A stretch of 51,390 bases of DNA from Candidatus Woesearchaeota archaeon. Lineage in GTDB: Archaea > Nanobdellota > Nanobdellia > UBA10117. Every line of letters begins with the position of its first letter. Within the stretch, counting starts at the first letter, position 1. The notes under the pieces were generated by a model that did no database searches, was not told the origin of the DNA, and worked only from the letters and a program-made list of their open reading frames with translations. The stretch covers positions 10,168-61,557 of the forward strand of contig CAZUEL010000001.1 of assembly GCA_964619325.1 (NCBI GenBank), given 5' to 3'. Positions 43,719 through 51,390 of this stretch are shown here, piece after piece. Position numbers and translations under genes: made by a program.

Positions 43719-45998
43719 TTAAATCTTGCCTTTCTTCACTTGCTGCTTAAACCAGTCATTCCAGGCTGCGAACACCCTATCTGAGTCTGTAGTGCCAACT
43801 TCTTCCGAGACTGCTTGGGAAATCTTATGGAATTCCTCATTTGACGCTACGACAAACTGCGCCTCGAGTATATCCGGATTGCCGGTCTTGCCTGCTGCCT
43901 CAACAACTGCTTCTTTTATCTTTGCCCGCAATTCGATATTTTTCCAGATTGCATCCCAGTTGCCTGCCCACTCTTTAACTCTTCCCCCGATAGCCTTTAT
44001 AATTTCAGACTCGCCTTCGGTAAGGACTTCCGTTGGTTCAATCCGATCTAATTTTACATCATAATTCATAAGGTCTGCAAATCCTTTTTCTTGCAAGGGA
44101 TCTTCTGTCCAGTGCTTCCTTACTTCCGCAATCTGGACTAATCTTTTGGACTGCTGCAGTCCGCTTGGAGAGGTTATTGGATTTGCAACTGCAATAATAT
44201 CCGTCGCTTTGAAACTCGTTTTCGGAACGCCCAAATCATTTACCACACGATCGAAGACCGAATATGGCGAATCACCATGGATTGTACCTGCCACAACCTT
44301 TGCGAGCGCGCCGACACGCATCGCTTCATAGAGCGCGAGCGCTTCCTTACTTCTTACCTCACCAACGATTAATGCAGAATCCCCCAACCGAAGCGCGGTG
44401 CGAATGCCTTGCTCTGCTGGCACCTCAGATTCTGTCGGTGTTATTACCGAACGCACTTTCATTGACTGCACATCATAGCCCAGTCTTCTAAGTTGGTCAA
44501 CTGGAAGCTCAAGCGTATCCTCAACAGTTAAGATTCTGTTCGAGCGCATTATTTCAACTAATAGCGAGCCTAGTAGCGATGTTTTTCCTGCACTTCTGGT
44601 TCCCGCGATTAAGATTGTTCGCGCGCCATCAATCAAAAACGAAAACAGGCCTGCTGCGAGCGGTGTTAGCATGCCTGCCTTTATGAACAACGGCAGCGTC
44701 CAAGGTTTATCGCGATGTCTTCTGAATGCATATGCCAGACCACTTGGTGAAAGGGGCTGCTGGATTACTGCGACTCGCGCCCTGCCCGCAGGCACGATGA
44801 GCTCTGAATCAAGAACTGGGTTTGCTTCATCCAATGGCCTGCCGGACATCAGCCTGAGTTTAGTTGCCCATGACTGGCCTTCCTTATATGTTGGTGTTAT
44901 GTTTGTCCTGCACTCGCCATAAACCGCATGCATAACAGAAATTGGTGCCTGCCCGATCGGCGCATTAACCACTATATCTTGTATGTTTGTATCAGAGAGC
45001 AAAACTTCTATTAAGCCAAAGCCAAGCGTGTAGCGAAGCAGTATTTTTGCGAGCTTGTCTATATCTATATAATTTAATTTAACGCCACGCGCGTTCGCGA
45101 TATCTTTCAAAAGGTCGCGGCCGATGCTAAGAAATGTCTGTCGCGTTCTTGTCAGATTTAGATAATCTGTTTTTTGTGGCTGATGCTCCTCCAGCACCTG
45201 TCTTGCTTCGATCAACAACTCGTACAGATCTTCTGAAAGGTTAAACTCTTCTGGTGCCACGTGATAGAGCAGCCGCAAATCGTGCGGCATCTTCAGTATG
45301 AGCACTTGAGCATTATCAGACAATGTGTATTTGTCTAGCTCCTCCGCACCTGCGGGGTATGATGTTACTAGTTTGGTGTACATGAAAAATGGCCTGACCT
45401 GTACTTTTAGCAGCCGCTTGTAAACATCCCTGCTTCCTGTCTTGTAGCCATCCAACTCTGGGCTTGCAAGCTGTATCAACTTGCACCCATCTAACAAATC
45501 AATAATATGCCTCAATAGAATTGTGTACGTGCCCGCGCACTGCGCATAATTTGGCATAGGCTCCTTGCTTTGTTTTGCAAGTTCCTCGCGCAGTTGCCGC
45601 TTGACCATTACGTATGCACCAATCGGGTCGCTCTTCAGATTTCCAATCACTGCTTCCTGAAGAAAGGCATGCCAGCCACCAACAAAGCGCTCACACTCCG
45701 TTCCAAATAAGCCAGAGAAGTCAAGAATATTTTCTTCACGCACGAGCTTGCCATACACATCTTTGATCTCAAGCAGCATGTTGACTTGGGTTTCATCGTA
45801 TAGGTATTCCTCGCGCTGTATAAACGCAATTCTATTTACACGGCCAGCCTCGAGCAAAAGATCGATAACAAACGCCATTGTCTGCGGGTCGTCTTCTATT
45901 GAAGGTGAATATATTGAGTCTTCATAGTTGATTTTTAATGTACGTAAGCCGCCCTCGTGCACAATTTTGTACTCTGGCGGCGCATTGTCTGTGGCCAT
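43719..45998 (-). CDS. FlaI/VirB11/GspE-type secretion (type IV pilus-like) ATPase
   Basis: Walker A AGTRSAGKTS, Asp box ILTVEDTLEL, Walker B ALIVGEVRSKEA, His box AGTIHGDSPYS. Long N-terminal domain, 759 aa. ATG lies about 26 nt from the palindromic TATA ATTTAAAT. Confidence 0.9.
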   Translation of the reverse strand: MATDNAPPEYKIVHEGGLRTLKINYEDSIYSPSIEDDPQTMAFVIDLLLEAGRVNRIAFIQREEYLYDETQVNMLLEIKDVYGKLVREENILDFSGLFGTECERFVGGWHAFLQEAVIGNLKSDPIGAYVMVKRQLREELAKQSKEPMPNYAQCAGTYTILLRHIIDLLDGCKLIQLASPELDGYKTGSRDVYKRLLKVQVRPFFMYTKLVTSYPAGAEELDKYTLSDNAQVLILKMPHDLRLLYHVAPEEFNLSEDLYELLIEARQVLEEHQPQKTDYLNLTRTRQTFLSIGRDLLKDIANARGVKLNYIDIDKLAKILLRYTLGFGLIEVLLSDTNIQDIVVNAPIGQAPISVMHAVYGECRTNITPTYKEGQSWATKLRLMSGRPLDEANPVLDSELIVPAGRARVAVIQQPLSPSGLAYAFRRHRDKPWTLPLFIKAGMLTPLAAGLFSFLIDGARTILIAGTRSAGKTSLLGSLLVEIMRSNRILTVEDTLELPVDQLRRLGYDVQSMKVRSVITPTESEVPAEQGIRTALRLGDSALIVGEVRSKEALALYEAMRVGALAKVVAGTIHGDSPYSVFDRVVNDLGVPKTSFKATDIIAVANPITSPSGLQQSKRLVQIAEVRKHWTEDPLQEKGFADLMNYDVKLDRIEPTEVLTEGESEIIKAIGGRVKEWAGNWDAIWKNIELRAKIKEAVVEAAGKTGNPDILEAQFVVASNEEFHKISQAVSEEVGTTDSDRVFAAWNDWFKQQVKKGKI

Positions 45999-46016
45999 AG
46001 TTTTTTGATAAGTTAG

Positions 46017-46033
46017 GCGGATTTAAATGTTTG
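46017..46033. promoter_or_regulatory. TATA-containing motif GCGGATTTAAATGTTTG (repeated at 50337-50354)
   Basis: The palindromic ATTTAAAT core at 46021-46028 fits a leaderless ATPase transcript. A near-identical 17-18 nt string occurs at 50337-50354. Confidence 0.55.
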
Positions 46034-46080
46034 TGTACACGCAAGCGAAGGTTTTTATATGCCCGTCTAGTGTATTGATT

Positions 46081-46593
46081 ATGGCCCTTTTCAGTCCAAC
46101 ACAATCCCAGCAGCAGAGCCCATCCTACCCACCCGCAGGCATGTCTGCTTACCCTGCCCAGCAATTTCCGCAGCAGGGATTTTTCCAGCAGGGCCCGCCA
46201 AAGGAACTGGTGAATCTCCAACATGATGTTAAAACACAGGTTTCAGGCATTTCAGCAAGAATGAAACTAGTGGAGAATCACATCGATACTCTGCGCTCAC
46301 ACATTGACCTTCTGGACAACTCGCTGATAGAGAAACACAAGGCGATTGTTGAGGAAGTCCGTTCGGTTGAGTATTCTGTGCGAGGACTGCGTGCAGACAT
46401 TGATATGGTAAAAGATTTGACGGAGCGAATCGCAAAGAGATTGGAGGAGCTTGCCTCCCGCGAGCAGGTTAAGATTCTCGAAAGATACGTGAGCTTATGG
46501 CAGCCGCTGAACTTCGTGACGCGTTCAGAGGTTGAAACAGTTGTGAAAAACATACTCGCCGATGTGGGTGTGAAAATAAAGGAGAAAGAATAG
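46081..46593 (+). CDS. Q/P-rich N-terminus plus coiled-coil protein
   Basis: Start taken at ATG 46081, about 24 nt after TTTATAT. The track ATG at 46027 lies inside the TATA motif. SPTQSQQQSPSYPPAG...QQGFFQQGPP, then heptad-rich sequence ending ILERYVSLWQPLNFV. Confidence 0.6.
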   Translation: MALFSPTQSQQQSPSYPPAGMSAYPAQQFPQQGFFQQGPPKELVNLQHDVKTQVSGISARMKLVENHIDTLRSHIDLLDNSLIEKHKAIVEEVRSVEYSVRGLRADIDMVKDLTERIAKRLEELASREQVKILERYVSLWQPLNFVTRSEVETVVKNILADVGVKIKEKE

Positions 46594-46602
46594 ATTTTTA
46601 AA

Positions 46603-47340
46603 ATGGCAAACCAAAAGAGAGCTAGTGAGGTAAGAATGCCACAACAATCACCGCCACAACCACCGCCCGGCATGCCAGCACTGCCGCCGCCTATGTTTGT
46701 GCCCCAGACATTAAAGATACCAAACAGCCCGCTCATCATCCAGCACCCTGGCCTGCCGCCGCTGGAATCGAGAATGGCAGAGCTGAAGGCCGCAGGCCTC
46801 AGGGACTCAGAAGTAAGGCGGCAGATGTTAAGCGAGGGCTATTCGTCACAGGACTTGTTGACTTATTTTCAAACGCAGCAGTTTGCGCCGACGCAAGGGC
46901 CAACGGAGATGCCAATGATGCAGGGCATGCCAATGGCGCTGCCACCACCACCGCCACGCTACGAGCAGGAGGGCAGGAAGGAGGATGTCATAACTTTACT
47001 TACAGAAGATATTCAGGAAATTTCTGAGGCAATAATTGCAGAGAAGTGGGGCCAGGCAAAAAAGGAGATCGAGGCGATGGCAAACTGGAGAGAAGACGCA
47101 GAGTCAAAGATGTCTGGCATGCAAGACCAGCTCAAGGCGCTCGAGGCAAAAATGGATTCACTGGAGAAGGCAATTTTTGGAAAGGTTGAAGAATACTCGC
47201 GCGGCATATCTGATGTGAACGCTGAACTGAAAGCGATGCAGCGCGTCTTTTCTACGGTGATGCCAACCTTCACGGCGAATATTAAAGAGTTACAGGGATT
47301 AGTAGAAGACACCAAAGAAAAGAAGAAAAGTAAAAAGTAG
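46603..47340 (+). CDS. Pro-rich N-terminus plus coiled-coil protein
   Basis: MPQQSPPQPPPGMPALPPPMF..., then a second P-rich stretch ALPPPPPRYE. Coiled coil follows, ending MQRVFSTVMPTFTANIKEL and a K-rich tail. Confidence 0.6.
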   Translation: MANQKRASEVRMPQQSPPQPPPGMPALPPPMFVPQTLKIPNSPLIIQHPGLPPLESRMAELKAAGLRDSEVRRQMLSEGYSSQDLLTYFQTQQFAPTQGPTEMPMMQGMPMALPPPPPRYEQEGRKEDVITLLTEDIQEISEAIIAEKWGQAKKEIEAMANWREDAESKMSGMQDQLKALEAKMDSLEKAIFGKVEEYSRGISDVNAELKAMQRVFSTVMPTFTANIKELQGLVEDTKEKKKSKK

Positions 47341-47343
47341 TTT

Positions 47344-47961
47344 TTAAGAAATCCGTTCTCTTGTTATGAAATAAACACTAATCGCTAATATCATAAATAG
47401 CACAACGAGCGCGACGATTGTTGGGTGGAATATTACACCAATTGCCTGTTGGAAAGCAAACTGCTGCGCTGCGGTTTGCACAGTTGTTGGTGCGCCAGGC
47501 CTGCCCTCCAAGCCAGTTGCAAAGGTTGCATTTTCGGGGGCCAGCTCAGGGGCAGACGCATAGGAAAATTCTGGAAATACCTGCTGGACTGATATCACAA
47601 CAATTATTATTATGATAAAAATAAATATCAAATAGCCAGAAGTTTCCTTTGTCATCGCCTTCATCATGTCCTCGCCTTTTACGCCAATAAACAAGAATGT
47701 CATGAATAGGAACAAGAACATAATCAGGAAAATTGTTAACATCGGCATCGCATAGCTGAGGAACTGCGATGTCTTTACAAATGAGATGAAAATCATGCCT
47801 GTTACTGCACCGACGATTATGTTTACAATTTGCTTATCGCCAAAGATCTGCCACTTGGAAAGCAGGCCATACACAATCGCAGTCACAAGCAGGAACGGAA
47901 ATACTGTTTCGTAGAAACCTAATCCCTTTAACAAACCGACTGCATCAATCAGTGAGGCCAT
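47344..47961 (-). CDS. Membrane protein (paralog of 47999..48625)
   Basis: 205 aa, about 5 helices. N-terminus AVGLLKGLGFYETVFPFLLVTAIVYGLLSKWQIFG parallels NVLNLLTAFGFFRVVLPFLLIFAILYGIILKTGILG. Confidence 0.55.
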   Translation of the reverse strand: MASLIDAVGLLKGLGFYETVFPFLLVTAIVYGLLSKWQIFGDKQIVNIIVGAVTGMIFISFVKTSQFLSYAMPMLTIFLIMFLFLFMTFLFIGVKGEDMMKAMTKETSGYLIFIFIIIIIVVISVQQVFPEFSYASAPELAPENATFATGLEGRPGAPTTVQTAAQQFAFQQAIGVIFHPTIVALVVLFMILAISVYFITRERIS

Positions 47962-47998
47962 GCTAAACGATTATGAAATGTAATTAAAAAGCTTTGCC

Positions 47999-48625
47999 CT
48001 AAGTGCCGTCGGGTCTTCCGCCGCCCCATATAACTAATGCAATCACAACTAACGGGATTGCAATAACTATGCCCAACCCAATCAAGGTATTCATTAGTTC
48101 TGGGCTGATGTTTATGCCGCCGCCCGCGCCAATCAAGAAGTTTGTGAAGCCTGCCAATGCTGGAATGCTATTGCCCGTTGCTGCACCGACAATGCCAATA
48201 AAAATTACTAACACTGGTAGTGCCAAGAGCCAGACATACCACTTGGGCCCAGTGGTTCCGCCCCAGAGATTTTCCAGCGGAACACCAAACATAGATAGCA
48301 ACATAAGGAATAACAATGCTACGACTAACAAGAAAGATGCCTGTGGTATCAAGGTTGCCAGCGCGCTCACAACCGGGCTGTACCCAATTACCAGAAATGC
48401 AGTTGCCAGGGAAATAATTGCTGCGATTGATTTGACCTGCGGCTGTGCATCGTTTCCTACGTTACTTCCTAAGATGCCCGTCTTCAGGATTATTCCGTAA
48501 AGGATTGCAAATATCAACAGGAAGGGCAGAACCACTCGGAAGAATCCAAATGCTGTTAATAAGTTTAGAACATTATCAACCGGGCTGGCGGTTATGACGA
48601 CTTGTGCAATTTCTTCCGCGACCAT
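47999..48625 (-). CDS. Membrane protein (paralog of 47344..47961)
   Basis: 208 aa, about 5-6 helices, with the shared N-terminal motif described for 47344..47961. Confidence 0.55.
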   Translation of the reverse strand: MVAEEIAQVVITASPVDNVLNLLTAFGFFRVVLPFLLIFAILYGIILKTGILGSNVGNDAQPQVKSIAAIISLATAFLVIGYSPVVSALATLIPQASFLLVVALLFLMLLSMFGVPLENLWGGTTGPKWYVWLLALPVLVIFIGIVGAATGNSIPALAGFTNFLIGAGGGINISPELMNTLIGLGIVIAIPLVVIALVIWGGGRPDGT

Positions 48626-48676
48626 ATCTTACCTCGAATAATATTAACGGGATTGGTATATAAAGATTGTGATTTA

Positions 48677-48853
48677 CTAGTTCTCGCCGCCTAACTCTCT
48701 TATCCTGTCGCTGATGCGCCCCAAGTTGTCTTCCATGCGTCTGATCTGCCTGTCAAGTTCATCTCTCGAGCTCTTCAAGCGCTTAATCGCTTTTTCTACG
48801 TCAAGCTTTTGATTTTTTAAACCGATAATTGCATCTTCAATGCGTGAGCCCAT
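48677..48853 (-). CDS. Small coiled-coil protein (58 aa)
   Basis: Hand-translated MGSRIEDAIIGLKNQKLDVEKAIKRLKSSRDELDRQIRRMEDNLGRISDRIRELGGEN. Below the track cutoff. Confidence 0.4.
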   Translation of the reverse strand: MGSRIEDAIIGLKNQKLDVEKAIKRLKSSRDELDRQIRRMEDNLGRISDRIRELGGEN

Positions 48854-48931
48854 TTTACATCGCTAGAATAAATGCTGGCGTATTAATAAGGATTGCGGTT
48901 GTAAAGAAAATAAAGACTAAGAAAAAATAGA

Positions 48932-50218
48932 TTATGTGTGCGCAACACTTGCAATCTCGTGGTCAACTTTTCTAAGCAGTGTTTTGATTCTCTCTTGCAG
49001 CGCAATCTCTTTACCCAAAAAGTTGGCTGCTTTTTCCAACGCGGTAATTACTGTAGTGCGTACACCTGCCGTCCAGCCGCCTTGGTTTATTGCTACCCCA
49101 AGATTCTCGTATGCTGCAGTTAGATCTGCAAAGACTGCCTGCTCGTCTGTGGCCTGCTGGCCCGCGAGCTGCTCTATCTCTTGCAGTTCTGAATCTACTT
49201 GGCCATACACATGTCTATATGTGACCGCCATACCTGTAGTGGGCACGGACTTAAATACATTCAACTCGTGTCCTATTCGCGCCATCAAATCGCCCCTGAA
49301 GCGCCTCGCCATCTTCCACTTAGCAAATACTATGCGCAAGGTGCTATACGCGAGCCTCGCCGTAGCTAGCACGCCAGATGCGGGAGCCCATGTTCCTGTT
49401 GCAGGTATTTTCTTGGCTAAACTAACTGCCTTTCGGACATAAGTTGTAGCACTTTCGGTATCACCTAACTCTGACTGTATGTCTCTAAACGCACCACCGA
49501 GGTCATGCAACGCCTCTACTGAGAGATTTTCAGACAGTTTACCAAGCACCCTTGCCCGCGTGCGCCTGAATATAAGTGCTAAACCGATTGCAATTAATGG
49601 TATTCCAAGCCAGACGGTTCCAAAAAATGTTTCTGTGCCAGCACTTACGCCACCAATGCTATAAAAGGTTGGCAAAACCACTACTGAGATAACTCCGGCA
49701 AGAATGAATCCAATGCCTCGCCATCTCCAATTCCACGGCGGATCGTTCCCTGAAAGTTTCCACGACATTGCTATTACCGTAATTGGGACTGCATACGTTA
49801 TTGCGAGACTAATTGCGGTTCCGACTGATGTTGCTAGGTATAATATTGGCGCGGATGGAACGTACCTCATCGCAAAGATTGCCAGCACAAACGCGACCAA
49901 CCCTGCTGCGCCTTTGTTCTCTTTCAAAAAATCTATCCGCAAGACTAACAAAGCAAACAACGTTACTAACAGCGTCCAAATTAAAAATCTGAGCGGCAAA
50001 ACGGAAGATGGCTCGGCAGGATTATAGCCAACCAACAGCTGCATTGCCGGGACGATATACGCAGATAAATCTGGGAACGGTGGAAGATTTATTGGTGCTG
50101 GTTGCTCTAACTCTACAGCAAGTGTTGCAACGGCAGAACTCGCTAATCCAAGCGCGGCTAAGCCAGATGTTTTTATGAAATCTTTTAAGGCCATTTTGTT
50201 TTTGCAACGCGAAAACAA
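48932..50218 (-). CDS. Membrane protein with C-terminal helical cytoplasmic domain
   Basis: 428 aa. N-terminal half has about 6-7 hydrophobic helices. C-terminal ~190 aa is helical and charged. Preceded by a hairpin-rich leader. Confidence 0.55.
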   Translation of the reverse strand: MFSRCKNKMALKDFIKTSGLAALGLASSAVATLAVELEQPAPINLPPFPDLSAYIVPAMQLLVGYNPAEPSSVLPLRFLIWTLLVTLFALLVLRIDFLKENKGAAGLVAFVLAIFAMRYVPSAPILYLATSVGTAISLAITYAVPITVIAMSWKLSGNDPPWNWRWRGIGFILAGVISVVVLPTFYSIGGVSAGTETFFGTVWLGIPLIAIGLALIFRRTRARVLGKLSENLSVEALHDLGGAFRDIQSELGDTESATTYVRKAVSLAKKIPATGTWAPASGVLATARLAYSTLRIVFAKWKMARRFRGDLMARIGHELNVFKSVPTTGMAVTYRHVYGQVDSELQEIEQLAGQQATDEQAVFADLTAAYENLGVAINQGGWTAGVRTTVITALEKAANFLGKEIALQERIKTLLRKVDHEIASVAHT

Positions 50219-50222
50219 ACGC

Positions 50223-50291
50223 TAGAAAATTGCTCTGCAATTTTCTGCGCGCAGCCGAACTTAGTTCAGCTTGCGACCCGCAAACAAGCGG
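50223..50291 (-). promoter_or_regulatory. Three consecutive hairpins in the putative leader of gene 48932..50218
   Basis: 50223-50245 AGAAAATTGC-TCT-GCAATTTTCT. 50250-50273 reads on the minus strand as GCAAGCTGAAC-TAA-GTTCGGCTGC. 50274-50291 ACCCGC-AAACAA-GCGGGT. Confidence 0.55.
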
Positions 50292-50336
50292 GTGAAGTTT
50301 GCGTTGTCTTACACTCCAACTCTCCAGATAAGAGCG

Positions 50337-50354
50337 GGCGGTATTTAAATGTTT
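50337..50354. promoter_or_regulatory. TATA-containing motif GCGGTATTTAAATGTTTG (copy of 46017-46033)
   Basis: Same string as at 46017-46033 apart from one inserted T. Palindromic ATTTAAAT core. Confidence 0.5.
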
Positions 50355-50433
50355 GCACACTTCTGTGTTTCAAAACTTTACTACACTGCGAAATATAGAA
50401 ACATTTAAAAACCCTTCTTTATTTGAAAAATAT

Positions 50434-51132
50434 ATGGCAACGCTCGCTCAGCTATTGCGCGGTTTCCAGAATAGCCACCCAGGCGCAAGCTATAGTTTTT
50501 CTCCAACCGGGTTGACAATAACATCTACGCTTGATGATTTGACAGAAGCACGAGCACATGCGATTGCAGACAGGATGAACAGCCGGCTCGATCGGCCGCG
50601 TGGCTTCTGGCGCTACGCCCCGACGCTGGGGCTGGCCGGCATTGGCACACTACTGCTGCCTGGACTTGGCACGTTGATTGGCGCGGCAATTGGCGCGGCA
50701 CAGTATTACCGTAGGCAACCAGAGGCGGAATCCTTTGCTCTTGGAACAGAAACCTACACCTTCAGAAACTTAACCTGGAAGGGCATAAGAAACTTGTTAA
50801 ACCGAAATTTATTTGAAGGCGATTCATCTGCACTAGCTGTTAGCAGAAATCGTTTCCGCGCAATTCCAATAGAAGAAAGAAATGAGCGCACGGTTAAGTA
50901 CGACGTGCAGGCTTACACTGCTAATGTTGGTGGAAACAACGTAACAAAATATAAGTTGGTTATAAATTACGCGGCCAACCCAGCGCAAACACACCTGAAA
51001 TACATAAAAGAAGACTTAGCATACATAACACAAACAGTTTCGGAAGCGAGACCGAGACCGCGACTAGGCTTTTTCCAAAGCATTGCAAACGCGTTCAGGG
51101 GTCTGCTTGGCAGGCCTGCACTGACACCATAA
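50434..51132 (+). CDS. Hypothetical protein with one central hydrophobic/Gly-rich helix
   Basis: First ATG downstream of the TATA motif (MATLAQLLRG...). The track start at 50353 abuts the motif. Central segment LGLAGIGTLLLPGLGTLIGAAIGAA. Confidence 0.5.
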   Translation: MATLAQLLRGFQNSHPGASYSFSPTGLTITSTLDDLTEARAHAIADRMNSRLDRPRGFWRYAPTLGLAGIGTLLLPGLGTLIGAAIGAAQYYRRQPEAESFALGTETYTFRNLTWKGIRNLLNRNLFEGDSSALAVSRNRFRAIPIEERNERTVKYDVQAYTANVGGNNVTKYKLVINYAANPAQTHLKYIKEDLAYITQTVSEARPRPRLGFFQSIANAFRGLLGRPALTP

Positions 51133-51144
51133 CAAACAATATTA

Positions 51145-51390
51145 TTATATTTTAACGCTCGTGCGCCGCAGTCCAGCCTCTCGCCGGCCTTCGGTGTTTA
51201 ACATCGCGGCCATTTCTTTAATTAGCTCTGGGATGGGCCAACCCTGCTTGTTACAAAGTGTTTTAATTTTATTTACTAATGCGCGTGCTTCTGAGACTAA
51301 TAGCATTGCCTTTTGCGCCTGCCCTCCAGCCTGCACAAGACCTTTTATGTCATGCCGCCCGATGCCTGCCCACGCGCCTTGCTGCAGCGC
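51145..51390 (-). CDS. Hypothetical protein, 5'-truncated by the window end
   Basis: The frame stays open from 51336 to the window end. The track M at 51336 is a GTG. No motif recognised. Confidence 0.4.
   Translation of the reverse strand, partial: ALQQGAWAGIGRHDIKGLVQAGGQAQKAMLLVSEARALVNKIKTLCNKQGWPIPELIKEMAAMLNTEGRREAGLRRTSVKI

Noticed and set aside
47344-48625. Considered these two membrane proteins, and 23476..24426, as the missing prepilin peptidase
   Set aside because: I could not find the two conserved Asp motifs (including GxGD/GxHD) of A24 peptidases in any of them.
1-51390. Looked for rRNA, tRNA, CRISPR arrays, transposases, integrases and long direct or inverted repeats
   Set aside because: None was recognised by eye in any intergenic region. 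A tRNAscan/Infernal/ISfinder run would be needed to exclude small or divergent ones.

Overview
Archaeal chromosomal segment, probably from a small-genome DPANN-type lineage. The archaeal call is an inference from RNase P Rpp21, aEF-1beta, chromatin protein MC1, a Dph2 remnant, TATA boxes about 26 nt upstream of leaderless ATGs, and many class III (prepilin-type) signal peptides. I read about 70 protein genes. I recognised no rRNA, tRNA, CRISPR array, transposase or integrase. All homology calls come from motifs recognised by eye and no database search was run. Hand-derived coordinates may be off by 1-2 nt. Left part (1-28.4 kb): housekeeping and envelope genes. These are an MNT/HEPN pair, Rpp21, a PLD-like HKD protein, DUF167, ThrRS, HtpX, a MiaB-like methylthiotransferase, and an NDP-sugar/glycosyltransferase cluster with a HIT/GalT-like gene and a processive GT2. 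This part also holds MC1, AdoHcy hydrolase, a membrane thioredoxin-like protein, a TXNDC17-like WCPDC protein, two DedA paralogs, TruD, Zn-ribbon plus aEF-1beta, and a Cmk-like protein. Right part (28.5-50.2 kb): the main candidate for a new system, an unusually large type-IV-pilus-like locus. It has about 11 pilin-like ORFs (90-467 aa, mostly Cys-rich, two with EF-hand-like loops) and three 34-52 aa single-helix ORFs. It also has a FlaI/VirB11-type ATPase, a FlaJ/TadC-like platform protein, and a tiny RHH gene preceded by four heptamers at exact 10-bp phasing. A divergently transcribed ~1200-aa two-TM surface protein, P/Q-rich coiled-coil proteins and paralogous membrane proteins complete it. 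No prepilin peptidase or archaellin is visible. Second notable signal: three intergenic regions (about 6950-7086, 27221-27394, 50219-50349) carry clusters of hairpins that share stems and show paired substitutions. They appear to form about 100-140 nt leaders in a locus where neighbouring genes look leaderless.
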